DNA of 63,125 nt, counting the filler, from Nemertoderma westbladi (lineage: Eukaryota > Animalia > Xenacoelomorpha), in assembly GCA_032718475.1 (NCBI GenBank). It is 3 parts of 3 records of this genome, joined end to end, with 100 filler letters (N's around TTAATTAATTAA, not from the genome) between each part and the next. Parts side by side here need not be neighbours in the genome. Positions count along the whole stretch, not along the records: positions 21,140 to 50,468 come from JAUCBJ010008106.1; positions 50,569 to 63,125 come from JAUCBJ010006242.1; 1 more part is not named here. One strand, given 5' to 3'. Shown here piece by piece: positions 47,009 to 60,738 of the stretch. The notes under the pieces were generated by a model that saw nothing but the letters and a program-made list of their open reading frames with translations, was not told where the DNA came from and searched no databases. Position 1 is the stretch's first letter; every line of letters starts with the position of its first letter. The position numbers and the translations under genes are program-made.

Positions 47009-47549
47009 ATTTACGATTATATCCGTTACAAATTAGTTCAGTTAATTGTAAGTCCAGAAAGTCTGAAACTATAGCGATAGCAGAATAATTCAGTTTTTTT
47101 TTATTTAATTCAGTTTATTAATAACATTGCTATATAGGCATCTATCATCTTATTGCTAATACATTCAGCATTTACAGTTACTATAACTATACATTTATAT
47201 CCAACCAGTTTTTATGACTTTTTTGTCCTTTCTTTTTTCTGATTCTTTTCTTTGACCTTTTTTATACCTTTTTTTTGTCTTTTTTCATTTCATTATTATT
47301 TCATCTCATTTCATTTATTTCCACATATATTTCAACATTTAGTTCCACCATTTATTTCCACATTTATTTATTTCCACATCATCATTGGGTTTATAGCCCC
47401 CCGGCTATCATCATTGTTATAAGCGCAGCACCAGGGTGCGCATCATTTTATTTTCATCAGTATACGCGTCATCATTCAGGTTTATAGTAGAGTTGTCTGA
47501 TCCTTTTCATCGTTTCCAACTATATTCAATCATTTTCTTTGGTTAATCT

Positions 47550-47985
47550 TTGTCGTGGAAGGGGTGTTACGCAGCAATCTGGGATCTACAGCTGGACTCG
47601 TTACACCGCCTACGCCCCAAACTGCACACGTAACGGACAATGAAGACGCTGGGAGTGAAGTCACGTGGATGCACCAGGGACCCACCAGAATAACACTCCC
47701 AACAACATAAAGCTCAGTCGACGAAGTCATGTGGGATGGGGTTACGCAACATTCTGGGATCTACACCTGGACTCGTTACACCGCCTACGCCCCAAAATCC
47801 ACGCAACGGTCCCACCAGAATAACGCGACTGAGAAACATAAAACCCTCTATCGTCGAAGTCATGTGGATGCACCATGGACCCACCAGAATAACGGGATAG
47901 AGGGGGTGTTGCGCGGCAATCCGGGATCTACAGCTGGACTCGTTACACCGCCTACGCCCCGAACTGCGCACGCAACGGACAACAT
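47550..47985 (-). repeat. Three ~180-bp structured repeats between pol and the accessory ORF
   Basis: Shared core GGGATCTACA(G/C)CTGGACTCGTTACACCGCCTACGCCCC, enclosed by GTTRCG/CGYAAC stems. Confidence 0.75.
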
Positions 47986-48255
47986 AACATACTGCGATGA
48001 ATACAATGAATTCCACTTCAAATCTTTTCCATTTCCAATAATCCAATACCGTTGGTCCTGATGACCAAAATCAGGGTAAACAATACATAAACGACCCTGC
48101 GTCAGTCGAAACATCTGCAGGGTGATGCTGGACTCCACATAACACACGAGGAAACACAAATACCATTGCGTGGTTACAGTTGGTTTAAAGGGGGTCCATA
48201 ATTCGTTGTCGATAAATCACAGTTAAAAAGAGTTTGTCAACATGATGAGAAGGGT

Positions 48256-50468
48256 TTAAACACATTTGTCATTGTCACCGATGTCTGCAGCAGGATCCGT
48301 AGTAGGGAACTTATCACCTCTTGTAGAATCACCACTGTCATTGCCTTCAAGAAGGCACAGCTTCTGGATGGGGCGTTGGTAGTGGCCCGCTTTCGTTCGT
48401 ATCGTCACAGTCCTCGCAAGTCCGTCTTTGCTTGGGTGTATGGTCACGACCCGCGCCACAGGCCAGTGAACGCGGTCTTTGAGATCTTCTTTAACTAGTA
48501 CCATGTCGCCAACTGCGACGTTCCGGTAGGTGTTGTTCCATTTCCTCCTGGTCCGGAGGGTTATGAGGTATTCCTGGGCCCAAATTCTCCACAAATGCGC
48601 TGCCAACGCTTGGGCCTTTTTCCAGTTTGTATGTTTCGCGATCTCGTTGGGATCCGGGAACATGGTTTCCGGGAGGAGATGGGTTTTGGGTCTCCCCAGT
48701 AAGTGGTTAGGAGTGAGGGGTTCCAGGTCTGTGGGGTCGTCGCGGATAGGAACGATGGGTCGGTTGTTCAGGGTAGCCGTGATCTCGCAGAATGTTGTGC
48801 GGAGGGTGTCATGGGTTACCCGGGTATCGCCTAGAGCGACGCGCATGGATCGTTTCACTAGGTCGATCAGTTTCTCCCATACCCCGCTCGTATGGGGTGC
48901 TAAGGGGGTCTGGAAGTGCCACTGTATCTGGTGTTCCTTCCAGACTTGGCATGCGGTGTTATCGGTAAACCATCCCTCGATCGCCTCTCTAAGTTCTCTT
49001 TCTCCTCCCACAAAGTTTGTACCATTATCGGAATACATGTGGCGACATGTCCCGTTGTTCGCCACGAACCGACGCAGAGCATTGATGAATGCGTGTTGTG
49101 TCAGATTTACCCTGATATCTAGGTAAATTGCCCTAGACCTTAGGCAGGTGAAGATGGCTCCCCAGCATTTGATGTTGGATCGTCGTTCAATAACCGTGAA
49201 CGGTCCGAAACAGTCCACTCCGGTGACGTAGAATGGTGCGGAATCCGCTTGTAGACGGGTGGCTGGTAAGTCGGCCATCTTTTGGGTGATTGGTGGCGCT
49301 AGGTAACGTCTGCAGGTGAAGCAACGTTTCAACACTTTCCGGATCAGTGGCTGGATGTGGGTGATCCAATATCTTTGTCTTATATTAGCTATAATCCAAT
49401 TCTGTCCTGCGTGGTGGTTGTCCTCGTGACATTGTAGAATTAATAGCTTAGCTAGTGTCGACGTTCCGGGCAGAAGCGCCGGGTATTTAACCTCATATTC
49501 GACCGGGGCGTTTGCCATCCGGGTATTCAGTCGGATCAGTCCGTCCTCTCCCATCATTGGTCTCAGTTGGTAGACTGGGCTGTCCGGTTTCAACGTTTTG
49601 CCCGCACTAAGTTGTTCCCATTCATCGGGGAAACTTTCTTTCTGGACATATCTAACAATACACTTCTCCGCAATAATGAGTTCTTGTATATTCCGTTGAA
49701 CTATCGGTTTGTTGTTTTTCCACCGTAGGAAGTTGCGAAGGGTTATAACGTGATAGACGAGCCGTCTCATGGATGAAGTTCGCTCGATCAACCGATGTAA
49801 AGACGCCGCTAGTTGGGTGATCGTCGCGACGTTATAGTGCCTGCCCGAGTCCTTTGCAGGCTCAGTCAGACAACTATAAATTTCCACCGCGTTGCTTCGA
49901 TGGATTTTACGGATCTCTTTATCGTCCTCGGAGTATTTTCCGCTATCGAGCTCGGGGTCGAATCGGGTACTCCATGTTAATTGTGGCTGCCGTAGGAATT
50001 CCGGGCCTGTAAGCCAGAGTTTACTTTTACCGAGTTGTTTTGGGGTGGCGCCTCGGCTTGATAAGTCCGCTGGGTTTTCCTTCCCGTTCACGTGATGCCA
50101 CTGTTCTCGGCCGGTACACTGTTTAATCTCTGTGGCTCGGTTTGCAACAAACGTGGTGTGACGCCGTGATGGAGAGTGGAGATAATAGAGAACTATACTC
50201 GAATCTACCCAGAAGTGTTGAGATTCTATGGGGATCCGTAGGTTCCGCATGGCCATGCGATTCTGTCTTACTGCCCAAACTGCAGCTTGTAGCTCGAGCC
50301 TCGGAATCGTTGCTACGAATTCCCCGGATACTGTCTTTGCTTTGGAGAATAAGAAGCTTGTATCGCCGTTTCCATCGTTACTTAGTCTCCGCAAGAAGGT
50401 TACTACGCCGATTCCGGTATTCGAAGCATCCGAAAAGGTATGGAGCTGGAAGATATCGGTGGGCAGTT
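48256..50468 (-). CDS. pol: BEL/Pao pol, C-terminal part: RNase H and integrase
   Basis: FSDAS, TIPRLELQAA, FWVDS, FVANR, WHHVNGKENPADLSSRG; H...HHAG...CFTC; GVDCFGP, YSDNGTNFVG, GVWE; VAVGDMVLV...WPVARV...DGLARTV...RPIQKL. Confidence 0.93.
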
Positions 50469-50568
50469 NNNNNNNNNNNNNNNNNNNNNNNNNNNNNNNN
50501 NNNNNNNNNNNNTTAATTAATTAANNNNNNNNNNNNNNNNNNNNNNNNNNNNNNNNNNNNNNNNNNNN
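50469..50568. other. Assembly gap with TTAATTAATTAA linker
   Basis: Same format as 21040-21139. Confidence 0.95.
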
Positions 50569-51024
50569 GTATTTTTTTTTATTTGATTTTGACTTAAACG
50601 CAGGCTGACGATATTTATAATAATAATAACAAGGGATGCGTTCAATATGTGAAGCCAGGTGGTTTATATAATAATAATAGTCAACGCAGTACTCGTCTTC
50701 ATTATAAGTCTCGTTGTGCTCGTCCTGTTTTGTATTTAAATATCTTTCCTAAACGAAGACTGACGATCTTTATAATGCGTTCAATAGGCGAAGCCAGGTA
50801 TGGTTTTGGTTTATAGGAATATAGTCTACGCAGCACTCATTCCTCATGAGCCCGAGTTATAGTGTGGCAATGTAGATGCAGTAGTTGCACCCGACCAGCC
50901 GGAAACTCGGAGCAATAGGCCTACTGCTTGTACAATGCGTGTCAATTTCAACACCGCCGGGCACTGGCTGACTGGGTGATGGCAGAGTGAGATTAAAAAA
51001 CCGGATTATTTCATCCTTGGTTAC

Positions 51025-52305
51025 GGTTAGTCCAGTTTGCCCGTAGCGGCAGCGATACCGAAAGTCGAGGTCAACAGACAGAGGCGGCCTTGGTGGCGAG
51101 TTGTTTGATTTCAATTCCAACACTTTTCTGGGCAGCTGGGTAGACTCTGGTAGTGGGTACCTGATCTTAGAATGCCGGTCAGCTGGTTAGTCCGCATAAC
51201 TTCCATTGTTGCAGTTGCCGAGTCGATGGATGGTTGGTAGGGGTAGGCCTATCTGCCTATTGCTATTGTTGATTGGCAGATTGGTATGTACATCTATATC
51301 CTGACATCTGATTATACCAGTTGCCGGTGCCGTCGGTCGTACCAATACATAGTCTTTAATTAATATATTTAACCGTTAACAAGAGTATAAACCGCAAACG
51401 AAGAAATTCATTTTCTGCCGTAGTTCAGTACCGGTACCGTACCGGCAGTTCTGTAGTTGGCAGTTGCTACCAGTCCGGTTCTACAGTCTGACACTGACAG
51501 TAGTAGGGCGGTACGGCGCCAACGGACCCTCTAATCTAATTCAGGACCGCAGTCCAGCACTCCGGATTCCGCACTACAGTGCATAGCATGGCAGCATGGC
51601 TAATTAGGGTCTACAGAATTAGGCCTGTCCTGTAGGCTACCACCAGTATACGTGATCTATAATCCCTGCACCGGTACCGCGGTACCAGTCAGCAAGTACC
51701 GTAAAACACCGAATACAGTATGGTATTGCAGTATTGCTGTGTCTGATTGCAGGATTCCTAATTCAGGGATTGACACTGAGTATAGTACCGGTACAGGCAG
51801 ACAGGCCACAATGGTATTACTGCAGTACTGTAATTTCGTAATTTGCTAGAAACCCAGCTGATTTAGTCTCCTAGCAACCTGCTGATGTCAAGCGTTATAA
51901 TTTTGGATAAAAAATTTATTATAACTGTAAGACAGTTACACTGGTGCTGCACGAAGGCCCCAAGCAAATTCAACTTGGAAAATTTCTAAACTTTTAACAG
52001 ACTATTTGTGTACCAAGTTTGGTTACATTTCATCGAGGATTGATCGAGTTATTAACGTTCAAAATTGAACACCGCAAAAAAATACCGTAATCAACTTAAT
52101 TAACTAATTAACTGCTATTATCTTAGCTTCTCGAAGGCCACACGGAAATTCAACTTGGAAAATTGCCAAACAACATGTGTACCAAGTTTGGATAGATTTC
52201 ATCGAAGATTGGCCGAGTTATTAACGTTTAAAATTGAACAAGAACGACAGGTTGATGAATGGTACCACTACGCTAAGGCTCACTCACTTCGTGGCTCGCC
52301 CCACA
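51025..52305 (+). repeat. Dispersed repeat, copy 1 (paralog of 59389-60432), ending in a Helentron/HINE-like module
   Basis: Shared blocks GGTTAGTCCAGTTT..., GTCTCCTAGCAACC...TGCTGCACGAAG...CAAATTCAACTT, and the 3' GCTCGCCCCACA end. Confidence 0.7.
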
Positions 52306-55300
52306 GGTATGAGGTTCTGGCCTCTGAGGTGGCAGATGACTGCGAGGGCTATACTGCCTTCACAGAAGCAGTTAAGTTAGCAGCTGCAGAAACAGTTCCT
52401 GTATACCCTCGAAACAGGAAAAAGGCCTCCTGGACTGACAAAATTCGGAAGTACCGAAATGACACAGAATAAGGCGCAGAAAGAGTCCCGACTCAAACAG
52501 ACTACAGCGGTCAAGAATGCAGGTAAGGGGGGGGGGGGGGGTGTATAGTAATTTTACAACGATTTGGTGGGTTTATGTATTTAGCGTGTAACTTTTGAAG
52601 ATATGAATGCTTTTTCTTGAATATTTTCTTGAAGATGGGTCATTAACTTAACAAAAAAAAATCCACAATAAGTAACGTAATTAGCTTAATTATGCATAAA
52701 TGAACATAATTAATGAGGACAAATTACGAAACAGTAGAAACACGATTTCTCATTTAGTTCTCAATGGATTTTTAAAATTATTTTCTTGTTTTAATGAGAA
52801 TTATACCCGCATCAAAGTGAACAAGCAGAATTTTTCTAGACCTCACAGTTTTGGAATTATATCAAATTTTGTGACGCTTTGTTGAAAAATTCCGGAATTT
52901 AGGGAAAAAGTCACCATAACTTTTTTTCTAATTTTTTTTCAAAATTATGTTCGTTCATTTTATTGCACAGTTTCTGAGCATTCAAAAACAAAAAACAGAT
53001 TGAAAATCGGTTCACAAATGGCGGAGAAAACGTGTTTCCCATTTTTTAATATGTTCAAAAAATAGTTTTGAGTGAAATCGCTTTAAAGTTCGGTTATTAT
53101 AATTTAAACCTTCCCTCCATTTTTAGTAATATGGATTTTTTTCCCTTTTCCTTTGTGTAGTATTTTTCGAATCAATCTTTGGTGCCAATTTTGTACCTAA
53201 TAAAAGTAACAAACAAAAACAAATTGGCAACATAACAAAATTGATTTTAACAATATTTAGCAGGATGAAAGAAGGCCTTCGCGCAGCACGAGAAATTAAG
53301 TGAAGCCTTATTTATAGAACAAATATTACTTTCTTATTAGAATATTAGAGTATTAGGCCTACACAAATGACTAACATGAAACTTGAATTAAGACTAATAC
53401 AAAACAAAATAAGTAGTTCTGAAATCATTTACTAGAGGATAGATCTTAACTTTTTATTACTACTGTATTAAGAAAAGTTAACTTTTCCCCACTATGGAAT
53501 AAAACGTTACCTTTCATATTTTAGTTTTCACAATTTTTTACAATATTCACAAGTTTTCACTTAGACAACAATTGTTCTGCTAGGGTTTTTCTGGATGGTG
53601 ATTTAATTTCCAATGACAGTTTTTTCGTTTGATGGCAGCCAAACTGTATGTTTGGTTATCCAACTGTCAGTAATATTTTGACAGACTGACTGACAGACCG
53701 ACATCCACAAAGACAGACACGACTTCGTCAAATGTAAAAACTGACTTCAGAAATGAAATCTCTGACCAAGAAAACCCTTAGAACGGAAATTTTAAGCTGG
53801 GTAGCGTGATGCTTACATTTCGACAGACTGACCGACAGACAGACAAATGTACAGACAGACATATAGCAGTCTAGATTCTGCAAAATATTAGAACTAACTC
53901 GGGAAATTAAGTTACCGAATTAGAACACGGTAACAAAAGTTATAGTTGTAGTAGCTATAGATATAGTAGTATATGGACAGCTTTCTTGGACTACGTCAGG
54001 CAAACCGACAGGTGCTTTATAATAATTTTGATCAGACAGACCGACATACGGTTAGAAAATCCGCCACAACTCGAGAAGTTAAATAGATCCAACCAAGCTG
54101 TTTACAGATTTAAAATCCTCATAAAATTCTGCTCTTGATGAAATTATAAAAAAAATCAAATTTTTTGACCAAAATTACTATGCCATCTAGGTGCATCTAG
54201 GTCCCTGAACAGGCAGTACTCTGTTAATCTGCAGGAGCTTATAAACCAACAGGTTGATGCCATCAATGATGCTGACGACAGCAGGCAATCATCCCAGGCA
54301 TGGAAATCGATCAACTTGCTTACTGGATGGAAAAGCCAACCAACCACCAAGGTTAAGGCTGAATCACCAGCCGATCGCCTCAATGGTTGGATTTGGAAGG
54401 CCCACTATGAAAAGCTCCTCAATAATGACAGGGTATTGCCTTATAACTTTATAGAAGTAAAAGAGTCTGAGTCTGTACTCCCTGTAAGCGGATTCAATTC
54501 CGCCTCATTACCCACTAGAAAATGGGGTAGTGGCATTTTCAGCAATATGTTGGAGATACGAGATTAGCAATATCAATCTCGTATTAAGAGCATTAAGACC
54601 AAACGTGTTAGTGGAGTAGATGGTGTTCCCCATGAAGTCTTTAAAATACCTGAGTGTTTAAAGCTCATATATTCCATCATAGTAGACATGTGCAGAACAA
54701 CAAGAGTCCCACAAGAAATGAAAACAAATAAGATGGTGCCAGTTCACAAGAAGGGCAACCCAACACTCCATGATTCTTTTCGGGGAATCTAATTGATCTC
54801 GATTGCTGCAAAGCTATACACAAAAAAAATTATATTAAATCGCATCAGGGATCCCAGTGAGTCACTTCTCCGCGTAAATCAGAATGGGTTCCGTAAAGGT
54901 CGTGGGACCATGGAGCCAATTTCGGCACTTTGACAAGGATAATTTAAGAGTTATCAAAAAGGCATCTGGCAGTTATCTTTGTTGACTTCTTCAAGGCCTT
55001 TGATTCAGTCTCTCGCTCACGTATGTTCAGCATACTCTCATTATATGGGATTCCTGATGAAATTATTGCAGCAATCAGATCAATATACGATGGTTCGACA
55101 ACATTTGTGTCTACTGTTGACGGTGACACAGAACCATTTGAAGTATTATGGGAGTCCTCCAGGGAGTCCACTTGCGCCATTCTTGTTCATTATTGTGGTC
55201 GACTATGTTCTACGCTTGTCCTTAGATCATCATAATGATGATGAAGTGATGGTAAATCCAGTAATCCTCTATGGGAGTCCATGCTGGCGCTGGGCTCTAA

Positions 55301-55739
55301 CTGCTGAGGACACCAAGTCTATGGATGGCACATTCAGAAGAATGCTACGCCGGGTTCACTGTGTCAAGTACAATGCACACATATCCAACCAGACACTATA
55401 TAACATTGGAGGTGTCTCATTGGTTCCCCCAAGCTTGACACTAGAACAAAATCGCCTCCGCTTTGCATGACATTGATTTCGCCGTGAGGACCAGCAAGTG
55501 CATAATATTGTGCTTTGGCGGCCTCATAGAGTGAATAAGCATGGTGGACAGCCCATGACTTTCTTGAGACGCATCTTAAAGGACACTGGCCTTGAAGATG
55601 CGGATGATCTAGCAAATGTCATGGGTGATAGGGAGTTGTGCCGGCGCAATTTTGTCGACAAGCCGGCACAGCATTCTTAAAAATGCAGCTGCAATGCAGC
55701 ATGCCGATCCTAGTACTGTAGTAGTAGTAGTAGTAGTAG
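52305..55739 (+). mobile_element. Decayed RTE LINE, interrupted at 52525-54188 and internally deleted at ~55258
   Basis: RYEVLA...AAAETVP; AWKSINLLTG; VPVHKKGN; QNGFRKGR; FVDFFKAFDSV; LAPFLFIIVVDYVL. Same 3' end and (TAG)n tail as 17534-18296. Confidence 0.8.
52525..54188. mobile_element. Composite non-autonomous TIR element inside the RTE
   Basis: AGGT is duplicated at 52521-52524 and 54189-54192; imperfect IR ATAGTAATTTT / AAAATTACTAT. Confidence 0.5.
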
Positions 55740-56010
55740 GGCCTACTCGCTACAATGAAAGGGTAGGTAGTGTATATTAACCATGAACCACCGCCAAAAT
55801 GGTTAATTAGGTGTTCCAATATTTTAATAACTTGCGAAATGTTTTTGCTAAAACATTTCGCACGCACACACTCAAAAGTTATTGCAACTTGAGTGTCAGC
55901 AAGGCGTACTCAAAAACTTCAAAACTTAGTACCGGTACTTAAAAAGAAAAGTCACGAACATTAAATAATTTAACATTGAGTAAGGCAGTATAAGGATTAG
56001 AAGAGTACGA

Positions 56011-56746
56011 TAAATTTTGTTACATAATGTCAACTTATCAGCGTTCTGGTGAATTACTCTTAACGCTGCAAGGTACCACTTTGCAGCGCTGAGTTCTATA
56101 GGACGGAACGCTGCAAAGTAATCAATAACCTGGAAACAACTTCAATTACCGTATTCCAGAATGAATTATTTCCATTTATGTTAATGCCTGCCGCTTTATT
56201 ATCCAGTTTGCAGAGAAGGGTCTAGCTACAGTACTGTATGTAAATAATTGTGGGGCGAGTCAAATCTGCGAGCTATCAGCGAACTGTTATAATTATTGGC
56301 CGTTTCCAAAAGTCTATTAATGGGGGGGGGGGGGGGGGGGGTATGTCAGTGTCGGAAGCCAATATATAAATAGCCATGGTACAGTATAATTATAATTGTT
56401 CGCTAAGATGGCTTGCAGCTTTTGATGCAGGAAGGCCCCAATCGTGTTTAAGCTGCAAAGAAAATGGCGACAGTGTTCAGTAACACTGAGCGGACACAAA
56501 CGATGACTCAGTTTGGTTTAGGCGACCAAGGAAAAGATGGATCAAATATTTATCACATCCATGCTGGAGATAACTCCAATAAACTTCAATTAGATATAAA
56601 TGTACAATGAATACAGTGGGTACCTGTTAATAAATTTCACATATATTCGAAATAGTACATGAAAATGTTTGAAAGAACATCCATAAAATCCTTTCTTCAA
56701 ATACCGAACGCTGATACTGAAAGTTGACATAATGTAACAAAATTAC
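56011..56746. repeat. Inverted-repeat pair of an unclassified non-autonomous element
   Basis: AATTTTGTTACATAATGTCAACTT(..)ATCAGCGTTC is mirrored at ~56706-56746. Confidence 0.55.
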
Positions 56747-57485
56747 ATATATCATCATTCTTACTTGCAAAGGTCACTTTTCCGCGTTAAAGACCCTTGT
56801 TTATTTATGTAAACCTCCCTCGCTGCGCTCGCTCGGTACAAAAATAAACTCGGGTCATAACGCTGCAAAGTGCTACTTTGCACACAATGATGTCAAATAT
56901 TTAGAATTGCAGTAACTATGTAAGCTATATAGTAAAATACTACAGTTCAATTTATTTTGTAACACTACAGTAGATCGTAATATATTTATTCCAAAATTGT
57001 AACATTACTCAACGCCGTTAGTATCAACACCGAGTTGTTATTTAGCACTTTACACAACTTTGGAGGACATTACAGCATTGTATTGGCCTGTACATTTACT
57101 GTAGTATTGGTGTTGTAATGTCCCTTGTTTATGTGGTAACCAATGGCGGCGAGCTGTAAAGTTACAGCTTCATTGGATACCACGTAAACAATACAGTAGG
57201 TGGCATTTATAATTATTAATTGCCTGACAGCCAGATAGGCGTATGAATTACCTACCGGTAGCTATTAATAACCAGTAGCTATTAACATGGCTCCAAACGC
57301 CACCATAAATATAAGTTAACTTTTTTATAACATAATTTATGTCATTTTTACATTTATTTATACAGCAACTAATTTAATTTGTGCAGTTCTCTGATCACTC
57401 ATAATAAATATTATATACAATCATTTCGTAATGTTAACATTTTCGAATAAAACTACATACATACTTGTTGCAAAGTACATACTTG

Positions 57486-58383
57486 GCATGAATTTGAAAC
57501 AGAGTTGGTTTCATCTCGCCAGAATTTTTATTTTTGATTTCATTCTTTAGCTAAAAAGCGTTTAAACAAAGTGTCTCCGTCGATATTGCACTAGTAACAC
57601 AGCAGTTTATTCTTCAAACATTTAGTGATTTGTTGGTACTAGTGGAAAGCTGACCGTGCAAGAATTCCAAATATGTAAAGTTTGGTTGGGAAATAGCTGA
57701 GATATGAGCATTCGAATTTTGCATGAATTTGCTTCCGCTGCAGGCCATGTATTCTATTAAATAAATACACATTGTTCTAGAACATTTTGTTTATCTCATA
57801 AGTAGCTTGGCAACAATGCAAAGCCTACATGATAATACTAGTATATGGATATTCATACTGTACATAATGAAAATGTTCTAGAACATTATGTATTTATTTA
57901 ATAGAATAAATAGCCTGCAGCGGAAGCAAATACATGCAAAATTCGAATGCCCATATCTCAGCTATTTCCCAATCAAATTCAAATATTTTACATTTTTGGA
58001 ATCCTTGCACGGTCCTTTCCACTAGTACCAACAAATCACTAAATGTTTGAATAATAACTGCGGTGTAACTGGTGCAATATCGACGGAGAGACTTTTTTAA
58101 ACGCTTGTAGCTAAAGAATGAAAGCAAAAATAAAAATTCTGACTCACCCACTAAGGGAGACAGGGGGGGGGGGGGGGGAAACTGGACGCAAAACCCGCCT
58201 TGGCGAATTAATATCCCGCATCAATGTTAAATTCTCAATTTAGGGAAATGAACAGGTTACAGTGGCACGTTATTTTAACCAAAACAATAAACTAAGCACA
58301 ATAGAACAGGTTACAGTTTTATTTTTGAGAATACTGCACTAAGGAGGAGGAAGATGAAACTAACTCTGTTTCAAATTTCATGC
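57486..58383. mobile_element. Foldback MITE (~300-bp arms) with a secondary insertion in the right arm
   Basis: 57520-57790 is the inverse of 57870-58141; the outer arm GCATGAATTTGAAACAGAGTT is mirrored at ~58352-58383. Confidence 0.8.
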
Positions 58384-59388
58384 AATCCCATTAAGATTTG
58401 TAGAAAAATTTGGGGGGGCGGGGCATGTACCTGAATAACAACACTATATTCCAGGACATGCTGTATGTATATAAGCAATAGGCCCCAAGTTATTATTAAA
58501 GAATTAAACAACAAAGTGACACGTTATTCTAACCAAAACCATAAATGAAAGGAAGTCAATAGAACAAGTTAAATTTTTAAGAGTAATCAGTAATTTGCGT
58601 CGATAGTCCCCTGGAGAGGGATGGATTTTAATTGCGTCGAAAGTCCCACGCTTGTACGATACATGTCTGCATACAGTAATTGAGTAATTACAGTGAACTT
58701 CAACATCATGTTTATTGCACCACATCTGCACATTACAGATTAAATATAACTTGTACATAGTGTATAGTAGCAGTAGGCCTCGCCGTCGCTGCATTGTAAC
58801 TCGGGCGGTATTACGGGAGGCTTCTTAGCCTACCTAGACGCCATTTACATAACACAGTAGCATACCTCTGTCTCTGTCTTATGCTGCCTTGAAAACCTAG
58901 TCAATTTGCAATTAATAATAGGTAGTAATTTATAAAACCTTTGAAATGCTGCGTTAAAGAATTGCAATTATAATTATGTTGGACAAGAACACATTGATTC
59001 GCCAAGGGAACAATATTCATGCAAGCAGTATTTGATATATCAGGCTGAAATGCAGGCCTATGTCATGTCGTTTGTAATTTGACATAGCCGCATATGTTCA
59101 AATCCCAGTATTGAATATGAGTAAAGCCTACATTTTACCTTAGGCCTACATTTTGTGGGGCCATTGCGGAGGACGAGGGTCAGTTATTAGATACAGATTA
59201 AAATTGAGCAATTCTATCCAAAAATCGGTACTTAAGAAATTTAAATAAATAATTAAGAAAATTTAACCAAAATTTTACTTTAAAAAAAACTTTCGCATAA
59301 TTAGCAGCTTGGCATCGATTCATAGAAGTCCACAGTTAAACTACTCAAAAAATTCAATGCATTCTTCAGTCTTCGGGTCTCGCTGATC

Positions 59389-60432
59389 GGTTAGTCCAGT
59401 TTTGCCCGTAGCGCTAGCGCAGTAACGATACCAAAAGTCGAGGTCGTCAACGACACTGCGACAGACAGAGGCGGTGGCCTTGATGGCGAGTTGTTTGAGT
59501 ACCGGTACAATTCCAAAACGTTGCTGGGTATTGCAGTATTGGGCTGTTGGGGTACCTAGTGCAGTAGTGGATACCAGAACATGAAATAAAGGTCAGCTGG
59601 TACAACCTGACAATATGTCAGTCAGTCTTAAGTCCGCGTAATTTCACAACTTCCATGGCTGCATGGTTGCCGTTGCCGTGCCGATTGGTTGTAACAGTAC
59701 CGGTACCGTACTGTAAAACATATGTTTAATAATATTAAGGTACCGTACCGGTACATGATATGGATGAATAGTCGCGATATCGCAATTCAGACATCACTCA
59801 GGCAATTGCAGGAGTGACAGGACTCCCTACTGCACGTACCAATACTCAGATAATGCAGTAGCAGTACCACACTGATAGACTGACAACCAGCCTAGAAAGC
59901 TAGGCCTACCACATACAGCAACAGCAGTGAGCAGTACCGGTACTGAGTACAGGCATCTCATGGTACCGGTGTCGTACTCTGAACTCTGCAACTGGAAATG
60001 CTGGAATGGCTGAAAGTGAAATAGGCCTACCAAACTTCCCAATGCCACATTATTGCTGCATTGTACCGGTATTGCTGAATTTCAAACCAAGGCCTTGTTT
60101 CAAACCCACCTGATATATCCTGCAGTCTCCTAGCAACCAGCTGATGCCAAGCCTAATAATTTTTGGATAGATAAATTTATTATAACTGCAAGACAGTTAC
60201 ACAGATGCTGCACGAAGACCCCACGCAAATTCAACTTAGAAAATTTCTAAACTTTTGCCAGACTACAGTACATATGTACCAAGTTTGGATATATTTTATC
60301 GAGATTTGGCTGAGTTATTAACGTTTAAAATTGGACATAACAGAACAACAGAGCAACAGACACACCGAATGAGTTATTGGTACGCTGGTACCTGTATGCT
60401 AAGCTCGCGTACTTTCGTCGCTCGCCCCACAA
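59389..60432 (+). repeat. Dispersed repeat, copy 2 (paralog of 51025-52305)
   Basis: Colinear similarity to copy 1 with many short insertions. Confidence 0.7.
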
Positions 60433-60738
60433 ACTTGTTCAGGGAAGTTTGAATATGCAAAATTACAAATAATAGACAACAAAAATATAAAATTGGATGT
60501 GCAGTTATTCATAATTAGCACTGTTAAAGTACTGGTGTTGTTATATTTATATTTAATAAATTGTATGATTTATTATTATTCCCCCCAAAAAAAATATGTA
60601 ATAAAAAATTATACTCAGAATAAGGTGTAACAGAACAATATTAAAGTACAGTTGAATACGAAAATACGGTACCTAAATAAAGTAACCTAGTAACTTCATT
60701 ATCTAACTAACTAAAGCATTGGTTAAGTTTTGCTAACA

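Larger units (their letters stand above)
39706..50468 (-). mobile_element. BEL/Pao LTR retrotransposon, 3' half, with an extra ORF
   Basis: Pao-type pol truncated by the gap, then structured repeats, an 866-aa ORF, a hairpin array and a candidate LTR, all on one strand. No internal TIR or TSD suggesting a separate insertion. Confidence 0.72.
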
